DNA of 64,000 bases from a virus. The position numbers were made by a program, and so were the translations under genes. Every line of letters starts with the position of its first letter. Positions within the stretch are counted from its first letter, which is position 1. The stretch spans positions 19,540 to 83,539 of IMG/VR virus record IMGVR_UViG_3300038722_000002; one strand, written 5' to 3'. This document shows, piece by piece, positions 46,704-57,027 of the stretch. The notes below the pieces were generated by a model. The model was not told the origin of the DNA. It was given only the letters and a program-made list of their open reading frames with translations, and made no database searches.

Positions 46704-46936
46704 ACTTTAACTCCTTCATATATCGACCAATCTTTATTGAAATTCTCACAGGTGCGATACTGCCAAAACTCATCCCCTGAAACACCATCCAATACCCACC
46801 TAAATAGACCGTGGTAGTACACACCAGTAACGATATTACTTAAGGAGGTGCATTTGACCAACACCTCCTCGCTAGGCCGTAAGAGTCTGTGGAATGGGTC
46901 ATTATCTGTGTTAACTCTTATCTGCGGTAGGTTCAT
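46700..46936 (-). CDS. Hypothetical protein
   Basis: ATGA-coupled ORF with TAAGGAG SD. Confidence 0.65.
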   Translation of the reverse strand: MNLPQIRVNTDNDPFHRLLRPSEEVLVKCTSLSNIVTGVYYHGLFRWVLDGVSGDEFWQYRTCENFNKDWSIYEGVKV

Positions 46937-47307
46937 GCCTTAAACTCCTTAGTTATTAACGAACTCTTGGTGACATCATAAGTATTCTTCTGCATGATGT
47001 CAACTATTTTATTCTCCTGTCCCTTACAGAACTCCCCTATAGCCTCCTCCACCATACCACGCTCTGCTTCTAACTCCGCGATCTTCTTATTGATGTCGTA
47101 TAACTTAGATGTTTTAAGCTCTCTAGCCATCTGCATAGGATGAGTGTTGAGTTGATAGTGTACACCTTGCTGAATGCCCGTGAAAGGCTCCTCTCCGTCT
47201 TCTAAGTTAGAGGTGGCATACCGTACTTCATACCCTGTTAGTACGCCTCTAGGGGTCTTGTTGGGGCGTAGGAGGATGATTCCTAGTTGGTGTTGTTGGT
47301 CTTGCAT
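46933..47307 (-). CDS. Hypothetical protein
   Basis: ORF with AAGGAG SD. Confidence 0.7.
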   Translation of the reverse strand: MQDQQHQLGIILLRPNKTPRGVLTGYEVRYATSNLEDGEEPFTGIQQGVHYQLNTHPMQMARELKTSKLYDINKKIAELEAERGMVEEAIGEFCKGQENKIVDIMQKNTYDVTKSSLITKEFKA

Positions 47308-47318
47308 GTTATCTCTCC

Positions 47319-47723
47319 TTAATAACCCACACTCTGTAGGTCGGCGTATAGTAACTTAACAGTCTCTTTAAGGGAAGCCACTTCTTCAACCAAGTCTTGG
47401 TTGAGATCCTTAATAATCTCCTCCTTATTGTTATCATAGATAGCTTGGCGTAGCTCTTTGAAGTCATGTTGGTGGGTAGATGCCCCTGCCCTGTACCCCT
47501 TGAAGCCGTTCATTAACTCATTACGGTAGTTTGTCCAATGATCACTGGCTACATGGTAGCTTACATCGGAGTACAAGTCACCTAGTAGTTCATCCACCAT
47601 AGCGGTGATTCTAGGCTTGAAGCTATCCATAATACGTTGTGCTTCTGATTCACCTTCTTCTGTTAGGGTAGGATACAGTGGGTATTTCTTTGGTTTCAGG
47701 TCATTCATGTTGTGGTGACTCAT
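47319..47723 (-). CDS. Hypothetical protein
   Basis: Translationally coupled ORF, 134 aa. Confidence 0.7.
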   Translation of the reverse strand: MSHHNMNDLKPKKYPLYPTLTEEGESEAQRIMDSFKPRITAMVDELLGDLYSDVSYHVASDHWTNYRNELMNGFKGYRAGASTHQHDFKELRQAIYDNNKEEIIKDLNQDLVEEVASLKETVKLLYADLQSVGY

Positions 47724-47995
47724 TATTTAATATCCAATAAGCTTTTAATATTATCTCTCATGTCTGCCTTGCCGTTTTCGTACCCTTTAACTAAGACCTG
47801 TTGGCAGATGCTATACATGATATTCTCTGGCTTGAATACATCTACCGCCGATAAATCTACGATGATCTCTTCTTTCCCCATACTAGGGATAGCTACTCTA
47901 TGGTCTAGGTGGTGACACTCCAAGCCCATAGCCTCTATAGCTTGTATGCGTAGCTGCATCCGATTGTGTGTAAGTGGTGCGTACTTCATCTTCAT
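47723..47995 (-). CDS. Hypothetical protein
   Basis: Translationally coupled ORF with AAGGAG SD. Confidence 0.7.
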   Translation of the reverse strand: MKMKYAPLTHNRMQLRIQAIEAMGLECHHLDHRVAIPSMGKEEIIVDLSAVDVFKPENIMYSICQQVLVKGYENGKADMRDNIKSLLDIK

Positions 47996-48576
47996 AATCT
48001 CTCTCCTTCCTCAAAGTAACAATGTTCCCCTACTTGGGTTCTGAACACCATATTATCATCCCATGTGGTCTTGTCAACCCAATCACACCTAACAAAATGA
48101 TCAGATTTATGTGTTATCCTTAAATGTCCATAGAAGCCCGACAGTAGCCTCTCAGCCACTTTAAAGGCTAAGTCTGATGAAGGTACATCTAACATCCTTA
48201 AATCCCCTGACGTGGCACACAGGGCCGAGAAAGCACATGCCTGTGGTCTATCTTCATCTTTAGATGGTTCCCATACAACCTCTGTGATCGTATTAGGCCA
48301 ATTCCGACTCTCCACTCTAGCCAACACCACCTCCCCGACAGCCCTCATTGCCTCTTCTGGGACTTCCTCTCCTCTCACCTCTGTATACATAACCAAGGCT
48401 AATGAATTGACATCATCGTAGGGGGAAGTATAAGGCGATTCCGGGGGCGTATAGACATACCCTGTACGTTCACCTTCCTGAGAGGATAGAATCGCTTGGT
48501 GGGTCGCATATGGAGTCTCAGAGGCTATTGCGTATATGACTGGTGACAGGAACATCAAATATAGCAATCTTACCAC
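47992..48576 (-). CDS. Cell wall hydrolase (SleB/Hydrolase_2 family) with N-terminal hydrophobic segment
   Basis: LALVMYTEVRGE...AVGEVVLARV...WPNTITEVV...FS...VGEHCYF. Confidence 0.88.
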   Translation of the reverse strand: MVRLLYLMFLSPVIYAIASETPYATHQAILSSQEGERTGYVYTPPESPYTSPYDDVNSLALVMYTEVRGEEVPEEAMRAVGEVVLARVESRNWPNTITEVVWEPSKDEDRPQACAFSALCATSGDLRMLDVPSSDLAFKVAERLLSGFYGHLRITHKSDHFVRCDWVDKTTWDDNMVFRTQVGEHCYFEEGERL

Positions 48577-48749
48577 CTAACCTCCTTGTCTGTGCAATAG
48601 GTCATAGTATGTGATGTTCTGTTCTTCGCAGACGATAGTACCTGCGTTTAGTGTGGGTTCTGTGCTACTAACCCCTCTATGTTCACAGCCAAATAACATG
48701 GCAACTACTGCGATAACGAATATAATTTTCATAATCTTCCCCTCTTGGG

Positions 48750-48974
48750 TTATTTAGGCAGGAAACTATCCTCTTCTACACAATGTACCGTAAGGATTGT
48801 GGAGTTTAATGCTTGTGTAGCATTAGAGTGTACCACACCACCTCTCTCCTCACACTCTACTATGAATGCTTGAAATGTTGTAGAGTTCCCTGTTTCTACT
48901 CTAGGCTCCTTGCAGGCTATCACACTACCTGCAAGTAACATAGGAATGATTAATAAGTGAGCTTTCATAGTCAT
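48750..48974 (-). CDS. Putative lipoprotein
   Basis: Signal-like N-terminus ending VIAC. Confidence 0.6.
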   Translation of the reverse strand: MTMKAHLLIIPMLLAGSVIACKEPRVETGNSTTFQAFIVECEERGGVVHSNATQALNSTILTVHCVEEDSFLPK

Positions 48975-49089
48975 CTCCTATAAGATGTATTCGTACCCTA
49001 GCCATATTACTAAGGCTACACCTATTAAGTCAACGATATTGTATACAACAACACCTATTATTACATTCCTATATGTGAGCTTCATGTTG

Positions 49090-49611
49090 TTACTCCTCTA
49101 CTTCTTCTAGTCCAGATAACGCTTTCTCAAGCACTTCCTTATCATACATCTTACCGTTCAACTCTATACGCTCTTTCTTCTCTACGGGGGAAACATCAGT
49201 GATCGTATACTCAGTTTCTATCTCGTAGGAGAGGGTGTGTTCTTGAAGGTCGCTGGTAGGGTTAGGGGTGACATATGAATAAGTCAGACCACCTTTATCG
49301 TGGGTGACGATGAAATTGAAATGCGCATTCATAAATGTGCCCTTACTACAAGAAGGCCACTTATACCCCTGCTCAAATAACCAACTCTGAATAGCTCGGC
49401 TATGTTCAGGTGACTCCACTTTGAAGTACATGTTTTTGAAGGTGGACGGTGCTAATGTAAACGCCTGATCTACTAACCAACCGTCATACCCTTCCACCTG
49501 CACCCAGCCATTTTTGTTAGTTTCGGCAATAATGTACTCTTTACCCACCACTAAGATATGGTGCTCATCTTGGCGTACAACCCGATCACCTACCTTAAAT
49601 TTATTACTCAT
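49090..49611 (-). CDS. Hypothetical protein (SH3-like FKVGDRV N-terminus)
   Basis: KFKVGDRVV and IQSWLFEQGYKW motifs; own promoter at about 49677-49645. Confidence 0.75.
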   Translation of the reverse strand: MSNKFKVGDRVVRQDEHHILVVGKEYIIAETNKNGWVQVEGYDGWLVDQAFTLAPSTFKNMYFKVESPEHSRAIQSWLFEQGYKWPSCSKGTFMNAHFNFIVTHDKGGLTYSYVTPNPTSDLQEHTLSYEIETEYTITDVSPVEKKERIELNGKMYDKEVLEKALSGLEEVEE

Positions 49612-49989
49612 AGTTTTCTCCTCTTCGTTAATATCTATGTGTGTACATTACATAAGTATTCTGCTGAAAGCAAGGGTTTGTTTGGTTTATTTATAAAACT
49701 CTAAAGTTAACATAGAAGTACCTATCTCAGTCTCTACATAACCCTCAATATACCCCATCTAACTCTCCTCCATGCGCATGCCATAACTAATCAGCTCACT
49801 GACCACGCCCGAAAGGTGTTCTGCTAATTGCAAAACTTCCTCCTTGCTATGGAGTGTCTCCGACATGGTTGCGTTATCTAGGGTAGTGGCTACATCCACC
49901 CACTTCTACTTATATCCTCTTAAGTCAATATCCATCTATCTCTCCTTTCTAATTTGATGTGTGTATATTACAGCGGGATTCTTGGTGTG

Positions 49990-50964
49990 TCAACCTTTAT
50001 AACAACTTAATAAAAAATCATCCCAGAACTTACTATCAACCTTTTCAGGGAAGTCACTCCTATCCGCCAACACCTCAACTTCATCGATAAGTTCTTCCAG
50101 TACAGGTTGAACTTCAGTCAAGAAGTCTAAAGTACCTTGTTTCACAGCTAATAGGAAGTCTTTATTTTTGAGTGGATATGTAATTGTACCCTCCTCGTAG
50201 ATCTCCTTTAATTGATACCCCGCACGTAGGGCATGTGAAACAGCCTTCCAGTCCACTCCTTTGTTTTCCTTTGCTGCTTTGGCGCGTTCGCCGTAGGAGT
50301 TCCACTTCTCTTTGATTGATGTAAGGAACAAAGGTAACGGCATGGTTTTTTGATACTTGGAACCTAGAACAACATAGAACTCCTGTTCCGTACCGTTCTT
50401 CATCTTAGTTGTTTCATAATAACAGTGGTCATTCTCTGGCAACTTGCCCCACACATATTCAGATATTTTATCACACTTATCCCAACTATCATATTTAAGG
50501 TAGTAGTCATTACGTTGGAGTTGATTAAATACTTCCTCTAATGCTGCCATACGACTACCTTTGATACCATACTTACTAGCCTGCTTACGAGCATAACCTA
50601 GAAAAGCCTTCATATTCTTGGTGGAGAACCTCCATCGGTTCATCTGGATAAACTCCCACTCTGGACTTGCGCTTATTTGCCCTTGCATAGGACTGGCATG
50701 GAGCATGTCTAAAGCGATCATCTCCCCTTGAGTACACAATCGGATGAACTCAGGAAGAGAGTACCAATCACTATCCACATCTTCACTGGTATTCTTACTT
50801 TGGTCATTCCCCGTTGACTCACTGATTTGTTTAGGGGATATACCTAACAGCAGCTCATCTGTGCTGGGCATAAACACACCCTTATAGTCGATGTCTGATT
50901 CTGGTGTGTTCAGACCATAAAGGTGTGAGCCGTGTACGCACTGAAACAACTTCTTATATTTCAT
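49990..50964 (-). CDS. Nucleotidyltransferase (Pol-beta superfamily)
   Basis: HGSHLYGLNTPESDIDYKGVF signature; DWKAVSHALR. Confidence 0.88.
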   Translation of the reverse strand: MKYKKLFQCVHGSHLYGLNTPESDIDYKGVFMPSTDELLLGISPKQISESTGNDQSKNTSEDVDSDWYSLPEFIRLCTQGEMIALDMLHASPMQGQISASPEWEFIQMNRWRFSTKNMKAFLGYARKQASKYGIKGSRMAALEEVFNQLQRNDYYLKYDSWDKCDKISEYVWGKLPENDHCYYETTKMKNGTEQEFYVVLGSKYQKTMPLPLFLTSIKEKWNSYGERAKAAKENKGVDWKAVSHALRAGYQLKEIYEEGTITYPLKNKDFLLAVKQGTLDFLTEVQPVLEELIDEVEVLADRSDFPEKVDSKFWDDFLLSCYKG

Positions 50965-51116
50965 TATTACTCCTTAGTATAATTGAAGGGACTACAATAT
51001 GTGTATATCCCCTCTCAGGCTCCGTGTACGCCACGACACGGCATTTTAAATAGAAACCTATACAAACACCCTAATGGGGAGTATAAGCCCTTGTAGAAAC
51101 TTCATCTTGTTGTCTT

Positions 51117-51488
51117 TCATAATGTAGGTTCCTCGAACAGCTGGTTGAAATACTCTGCCGTGAAACACTCTTTAACTTCCTCCTTATATTCAGGAGTCTG
51201 ATAATAGTCACTATAGAACTCATTAGTCTCTCGGTGGCGATAGTCTGCTTGCTTCCGCTTATTATTGTGTTTATAACTCTTCTTATCTCGCTCCCACCAA
51301 GGGATAAACAAGGTGAACCACTCTTGTACCAAGCAGGAGTTATCCGTCTCGTAGTCGTACTTTAGAAACTCTATGAGAACTCGTTTCTTACCTCTCTTAA
51401 TAAGAGTAGCTCGACTACCTCTCATTCCTTTCCCGTCCTGAAATATAACTATATTTTTCACAAAAACTTCTCCCGTTGCCCCAAACAC
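51117..51488 (-). CDS. Hypothetical protein
   Basis: ORF downstream of the promoter TTGACA-N17-TAAGGT (51564-51536). Confidence 0.65.
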   Translation of the reverse strand: MFGATGEVFVKNIVIFQDGKGMRGSRATLIKRGKKRVLIEFLKYDYETDNSCLVQEWFTLFIPWWERDKKSYKHNNKRKQADYRHRETNEFYSDYYQTPEYKEEVKECFTAEYFNQLFEEPTL

Positions 51489-51602
51489 ATGAAAGCCTTA
51501 TGATGTACCTCGGCTCTACCTAATTTAATGTGTGTACCTTACAGCTATGTTCTTGGCGTGTCAACCTATTTGACCAACTATTCCATTAACATACGAAAAG
51601 AC

Positions 51603-51632
51603 TTGACTTTTTATCAAAATTACTGGCAGAAT
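51603..51632 (+). promoter_or_regulatory. Promoter (TTGACT-N18-CAGAAT class) upstream of structured RNA 2
   Basis: CTTGACTTTTTATCAAAATTACTGGCAGAATAG. Confidence 0.6.
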
Positions 51633-51637
51633 AGAAG

Positions 51638-52195
51638 GTAGGATAGTGTGTTAAATATTACATCATCCTGAGAATTAGAAATAAATGAGAATATTCTGGT
51701 GTTTGTGGTGGTTGGAAACAATCATTAACGGGACGAGAGGAGTTCCAAGGTTGTCCTTCTGTATAGCTACAGTATAGGCATGTGGTAACAGTAATGTCCA
51801 CACTCTTCTCTCATACGTCTGACGTAGCGACACCTGCTTAGTCCGAACCTATCAAGACTGGGCGTAAAACGAGTTAAGCGTGACGTGTTCAATTAGGTAT
51901 GATTAGTTTATAGCTATTGCTTATTATACCACTTGAACTGTATGCAGGTCTTACACTGCTTTAAAAGTGTGAGCTATCACAGGGTCATTCCCTATATCAA
52001 TGCTCGATAATTAGAATATGTGGTTAGATATGTTTGATTAATATCTTAGATTAGCAATATCGGCTAATCTACCTCTTGTCAATAGGTTATATTATAACAC
52101 TCCAAAGTAGATTGGTTAATTAGAATAGTAATTCTATCACCCAAGGCTACTTTGTCTTGTCGTGCCTGTAAGAAAGGTAATGAATATAATAGTAA
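51638..52195 (+). ncRNA. Large structured non-coding RNA 2 (~550 nt, unclassified)
   Basis: Many hairpins with G-U pairs and GAAA/GTAA loops; helix 51735-43/51802-10; possible pseudoknot 51846-52/52082-88; no ORF called. Confidence 0.68.
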
Positions 52196-52261
52196 ATAAA
52201 ATGTTGACATGGAGATGTCAGACCATTATAGTGACATCAACTTAAACAAGAGGAGAGGAAT

Positions 52262-52960
52262 ATGAGCAAGCGTAATAGTACAAGTAACATCAACCCTCAA
52301 GTAGAAATCAGTGAGGGGTGTATAGGTGGTGAGCAATATTCTCACCCTAGTTATGGGTTGATTAGGGTAAATCGGTGTCAAGGGTCACAGCAACACTTTG
52401 GGAGCGATGTAGATGCGAGTACCAGCATGAGACTAACCATCTCAGAGGCAAATGTAACCCATAACCTAGGACGTAGTTGGTATCACGACAACAAGATGGT
52501 TACTGAGGTTAATATGACGGCTGTACAATATGCTGAAATGATTTCATCCCCTAATACACAAGGGGTTCCTTGTACAATCACATACCGTAATGATATAGGA
52601 CATATTACATACCGTCCTCCTACAGATCAGATAGACATGATTGAAGCGGAGGTTAAGCAATGCTTCGATAAAGCCAAACAGAAGAATGCTGCTGTACAGG
52701 ATGAGGTGAAGGAATTATTCCAGAAGAAAAGCTTGAATAAGAATGACAAGGAGGTTATCTTGAACCTGATACGTGGACTGTCGAATGATATCACAAACAG
52801 CCTCCCTTTCTATTTAGATTCAGCCGATGAGATACTAGAGCGCAAGGTTATGGAGGCTAAGACGGAAGCGGAAGCTTATATGGAACACTTGCGTGTGCAG
52901 GTAGGGGAGTATGTTCTGAATAATCCAGATGTCTTGAAGCTTACACAGGAGAAGGTATAA
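52262..52960 (+). CDS. Hypothetical phage protein
   Basis: HPSYG...FGSDV...QYAEMISSPN.QGVPCTI; promoter TTGACA-N17-TATAGT at 52204; strong SD. Confidence 0.8.
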   Translation: MSKRNSTSNINPQVEISEGCIGGEQYSHPSYGLIRVNRCQGSQQHFGSDVDASTSMRLTISEANVTHNLGRSWYHDNKMVTEVNMTAVQYAEMISSPNTQGVPCTITYRNDIGHITYRPPTDQIDMIEAEVKQCFDKAKQKNAAVQDEVKELFQKKSLNKNDKEVILNLIRGLSNDITNSLPFYLDSADEILERKVMEAKTEAEAYMEHLRVQVGEYVLNNPDVLKLTQEKV

Positions 52961-53175
52961 TGTGGGACTGGGTGACGGGATTATGGATGGGAGTGCTTGT
53001 CACAGTACTGATAGGACTACATTTAAATGTAACACCTCACGAGGCTCCCATGCAAGAGCACTGTGCAATCTACTCGTCAGACCTACAAAGTTATAATGTT
53101 TATAGCTTCGAGTGTACTAATGGGGCAGAGTTCAGTAGGAAACTAATTAAGGAAAAGGGTGAGAATGTTAAGTAA
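52960..53175 (+). CDS. Small membrane-anchored protein
   Basis: N-terminal hydrophobic helix and two Cys residues. Confidence 0.6.
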   Translation: MWDWVTGLWMGVLVTVLIGLHLNVTPHEAPMQEHCAIYSSDLQSYNVYSFECTNGAEFSRKLIKEKGENVK

Positions 53176-54424
53176 ACAACAACAACACTCTGTAGATTTA
53201 CAGAAACAAGGCAAGAGTATTTCATTAATCGGTGGAGCAGGTTGTGGTAAGACACACACAATCAAACAGGTCACAACACGTAACACTGTTGTTGTGGCTC
53301 CTAGTGCAGCCGCAGCTCTGAATGTAGATGGTGTGACGGTACACTCTGCCTTTAGTTTGTCACATGGTATTCAGACAGAGAAAGACTTGAAACGTATCAC
53401 ATCAGAGATGAAGATGTTGTTTGGTGTTAATAGCCCCATTGATCGTATTGTATTCGATGAAGCATTCACCTTACCAGCTAATTTATTAGACGATGTGAGC
53501 ACGAAGCTACAGTTATTAAGGGGTAACAACCTCCCCTTCGGTGGAATCCCTGTGACGCTATCAGGTGACCCTCTACAGTGTGCTCCTTTTTGGTCATACG
53601 AAGAAGGGAAGATATTAAATAAGAAATACTTAACACCCTACATCTTCAACTCTAAGGTGTGGAAGAAACTGAAACCCGAAGTTGTTGTATTAACGGAGAT
53701 ATTCCGTAATAAGAACTATGAACAACAACAATGGTTGAACTCTATTCGGAGTAAAGACGGAGACTGGAATGAGGCTATTGATCACATCAATGAAGTGGCC
53801 TCCCATAGGGACTACAACCCTAACTCAGACTTACATCTGTGCTCACATAGAGAAAGCGCACGTAAGATGAACGCTTATTACTACGATAAGATTAAAAGTC
53901 AAGAGTATACTTATACGGCAACTATTGAAGGTAAGTATAAAGAGAGTGAATATCCAGTAGAGAAACTATTGAAGTTGAAAGTGGGTTGTCGTATAATCTT
54001 CACGGTCAATAACTATGACGAGGGTTACACCAACGGACTACAAGGGACGGTAGTTAAGTTATCTAACTCTTCTGTTGTAGTAGACGCTGATAACGGTGAA
54101 ACCTACTATGTAGTAGAGGAAGAATGGAAGAATGAGAAGCTGAGTTCTATCGGGAAGGGAGACTTCTCTAAGATCCAAGTGGGAACATTCTCTCAGTACC
54201 CTCTCCGTCTAGGTTGGGCTACCACGATACATTCGTCACAGGGCTTGACATTGGATAATCTTACTGTAGACTTCGGCATAGATGCTTTTGCTGACGGTAT
54301 GGTTTACGTGGCATTGAGTCGGTTAACATCACTGGACGGGTTGACATTAGTACGTCCCGTCCAGCATGGTGATGTGAAAGTGAGTCGTAAGGCTTTGCAA
54401 TTTATCAATAAACATTGTAAATAG
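53159..54424 (+). CDS. SF1B DNA helicase (Pif1/RecD-like)
   Basis: GGAGCGKT, FDEA, PFGG, GDPLQ, WATTIHSSQGLT and YVALSR motifs. Confidence 0.93.
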   Translation: MRMLSKQQQHSVDLQKQGKSISLIGGAGCGKTHTIKQVTTRNTVVVAPSAAAALNVDGVTVHSAFSLSHGIQTEKDLKRITSEMKMLFGVNSPIDRIVFDEAFTLPANLLDDVSTKLQLLRGNNLPFGGIPVTLSGDPLQCAPFWSYEEGKILNKKYLTPYIFNSKVWKKLKPEVVVLTEIFRNKNYEQQQWLNSIRSKDGDWNEAIDHINEVASHRDYNPNSDLHLCSHRESARKMNAYYYDKIKSQEYTYTATIEGKYKESEYPVEKLLKLKVGCRIIFTVNNYDEGYTNGLQGTVVKLSNSSVVVDADNGETYYVVEEEWKNEKLSSIGKGDFSKIQVGTFSQYPLRLGWATTIHSSQGLTLDNLTVDFGIDAFADGMVYVALSRLTSLDGLTLVRPVQHGDVKVSRKALQFINKHCK

Positions 54425-54436
54425 GAGAACAACTAA

Positions 54437-54955
54437 ATGAATCTATCTGATTTAGGGTTAGAAGGAAAAGACTTGAATGATAAACGTGGCTTCCACTATG
54501 TAGATCCTCGTGTAGAAGATTACGATAGTGGTGATATCCACTGTAAACTTATCGAGAGTCTTCTCACAGAGGATGAATTAGCGGAAACATTCCCTAATGA
54601 ACGTGCCTGTAAAGATACACGTTATGTATACCTTGGTCATAATGACAACATTAAGGGTATCGAGTCCTTTAGTGCTGAGATGATAGAGAAGGTGCGGGAA
54701 CAGGGTTTACTAGGCTACGATTATAAAGCTGTCCGTACAGTCGTATCCGATGGTGGTGATTCGGAGTACGAAGAGTTGACCGAATGTTATGATACCGTAG
54801 TTGAGTTAGAGTTTGTAGCACGAGATTATAAAACCATGACTGCTGTAGCATATTATCAACGAGTATGGACAGAACAGCTACGTCAACGGGAATGTGACTT
54901 GAAGAACTATGAAACATACTTGGAGTGTGTTAAGATGTTCGGGATCGGAGAATAA
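54437..54955 (+). CDS. Hypothetical protein
   Basis: 172-aa acidic ORF with AGGAG SD. Confidence 0.7.
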   Translation: MNLSDLGLEGKDLNDKRGFHYVDPRVEDYDSGDIHCKLIESLLTEDELAETFPNERACKDTRYVYLGHNDNIKGIESFSAEMIEKVREQGLLGYDYKAVRTVVSDGGDSEYEELTECYDTVVELEFVARDYKTMTAVAYYQRVWTEQLRQRECDLKNYETYLECVKMFGIGE

Positions 54956-55118
54956 GTAGATGAAAGATGCACTTGACGATATTATAACATGGCTGCTTTG
55001 CACAAGCCTTCTAATGCAAGTCTTTATTTATGCCCAACACAAAGAGAAGATCTCGCACCTAAAGGAAGAGATTATTGTATTAGAATCCAAATTACTCAAA
55101 ACAACGGAGAAGTAAACA

Positions 55119-56924
55119 TTGTCAGAGATCGGTAAGTTTGCGTGTATAGATTGTGATTCATCAGATGCCTTATCAGTATATGAACAAGAAGACGGAACCT
55201 ATGATGCTACTTGCTGGTCTATCTGTCAGTCTGATAAGAAAAAAGGATATAAATCTCATAACCAATTATGTAAGAGCTATCTAAAAGAGGAGCTAGGTAT
55301 TGAGGAAATCAAGCGAGGTAAGAAGTTGGTAGTTAAATCAAAACTTAAAAGTAAACTCAAGAAGAAGGACGAGAGTACTAAAGTCATAACATCAGATAAA
55401 CTCGCATGGATTCGAGATAACTCTAGTGCCAAAGGTAATAAGTTTCGAGGTATTAAAGACGAAACATTGAAGCTATTTAATATCCGTACAGCATACGATG
55501 ACGATGGAACCCCATCAGAGCGCTTCTACCCTATCTACAAGAGCGTTGACGGTAAGGTGACTATGGTTGGTTGTCATAAGCGTATCGTCGCTGGAAAGGA
55601 CTTCAGAGCCGTAGGATTGAATAGTAAGAATTGTATGCTATTCGGACAGAAAGAGGCTAAAGGGAGTAAACGTGTTGTCCTTGTTGGTGGGCAAGAGGAT
55701 GTCGCAGCAGCAACACAGATGTTCCGTGAATGGAGTAAGAATAAGGATAATGTAGCCCCTGTTGACTTTGTTAGCTCCACGGTAGGAGAGACAAGTTGTG
55801 CTGAACAGTGCCGTGCTAATTATGACTTCCTAGACTCCTACGATGAAATCCTCGTAGACATGGATAATGACGAAGCAGGGGAACGCGCTAAGGAAGCTTT
55901 ATTGGAAGTGTTGCCTGTACAGAAGACTAAGGTGATGTCCTATAACGCTAAAGATGCTAATAAGGCATTGAATGATAAGATGAAGGATGATTATATTCGT
56001 GCTATTTATAACGCGAAGAAACCTCCTGTGGTTGGTGTCCTGTCGGGTTCAGAGATATTTGATAGAATGGTCGAATCACTATCCATGCCTTTGATTCCAT
56101 TACCTCCTGAGCTGAAACCACTACAAGATAAGTTGTGCGGAGGATTACCTGTAGGGGAAATTATTAACATCCTAGCAGCATCGGGTATAGGTAAGACTTG
56201 CATTACTAATATGTTGATTAAATTCTGGATATTTAATTCACCATATAAGGTTGGGATACTTAGCCTTGAAGCAGGGGCAGGTAAATTCTTCTCACGTTTA
56301 GTGTCAGGCTATCTAAAACGTAATATTGCACAGTTTGAGACGCCTGAAGATAAAGTAGAGTTTGTTATGGAAAACAAGGAGGAGATATTTGAACTGCTTG
56401 TTAACAAAGAAGGCGACGAACGGTTTAGTTTGATTGATGATAACGGTGATTTAGATAACCTAACTGAGGCCAAAAGAACGATAGAGCGTCTTATACGTCA
56501 AGCAGGGTGTGAGGTTATTGTCATCGATCCTATACAAGACCTACTTGACTCCTTAACCACAGAAGAACAGGCTGCTTTCATAGGGTGGCAGAAGAAGCTC
56601 AAGGCAAGAGACGGTGTATCTTTCATTAACATCAACCACACACGTAAGTCAGGCGGGGGTAAGAAGTCAGGTAGTCAAGGAGGAGAACTGGTAGAAGAGG
56701 ACATGCAAGGTACGTCAGCGATATATAAATCAGGTGCCGTTAATATTATAATCAGTCGAGATAAGACAGCAGAAGATGTCGATGTCCGTAACACGACTAA
56801 TATTATGTTAGGTAAGAGTCGGGATGTAGGTGACACAGGGCCAGCAGGTCAGTTATTCTATGAGATCAAAACAGCACAGTTGCATAACAAGGAAGATTAT
56901 GACAGAGACAACAGTTCCTTTTGA
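55119..56924 (+). CDS. Primase-helicase (T7 gp4-like)
   Basis: N-terminal Zn finger CIDC...CWSIC; TOPRIM DNDEAG...KDAN; DnaB-type ASGIGKT, IDP, INHTRK and KSR motifs. Confidence 0.93.
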   Translation: MSEIGKFACIDCDSSDALSVYEQEDGTYDATCWSICQSDKKKGYKSHNQLCKSYLKEELGIEEIKRGKKLVVKSKLKSKLKKKDESTKVITSDKLAWIRDNSSAKGNKFRGIKDETLKLFNIRTAYDDDGTPSERFYPIYKSVDGKVTMVGCHKRIVAGKDFRAVGLNSKNCMLFGQKEAKGSKRVVLVGGQEDVAAATQMFREWSKNKDNVAPVDFVSSTVGETSCAEQCRANYDFLDSYDEILVDMDNDEAGERAKEALLEVLPVQKTKVMSYNAKDANKALNDKMKDDYIRAIYNAKKPPVVGVLSGSEIFDRMVESLSMPLIPLPPELKPLQDKLCGGLPVGEIINILAASGIGKTCITNMLIKFWIFNSPYKVGILSLEAGAGKFFSRLVSGYLKRNIAQFETPEDKVEFVMENKEEIFELLVNKEGDERFSLIDDNGDLDNLTEAKRTIERLIRQAGCEVIVIDPIQDLLDSLTTEEQAAFIGWQKKLKARDGVSFININHTRKSGGGKKSGSQGGELVEEDMQGTSAIYKSGAVNIIISRDKTAEDVDVRNTTNIMLGKSRDVGDTGPAGQLFYEIKTAQLHNKEDYDRDNSSF

Positions 56925-57027
56925 TTACAGTAAACTGAAATACGAATTAAGATGGTTGACGGGAGACTCAGAGTAAGGTAGCATGCGTCCCGCGTAACTA
57001 ACATAGATAGGAGAGGAACTGAAGACA

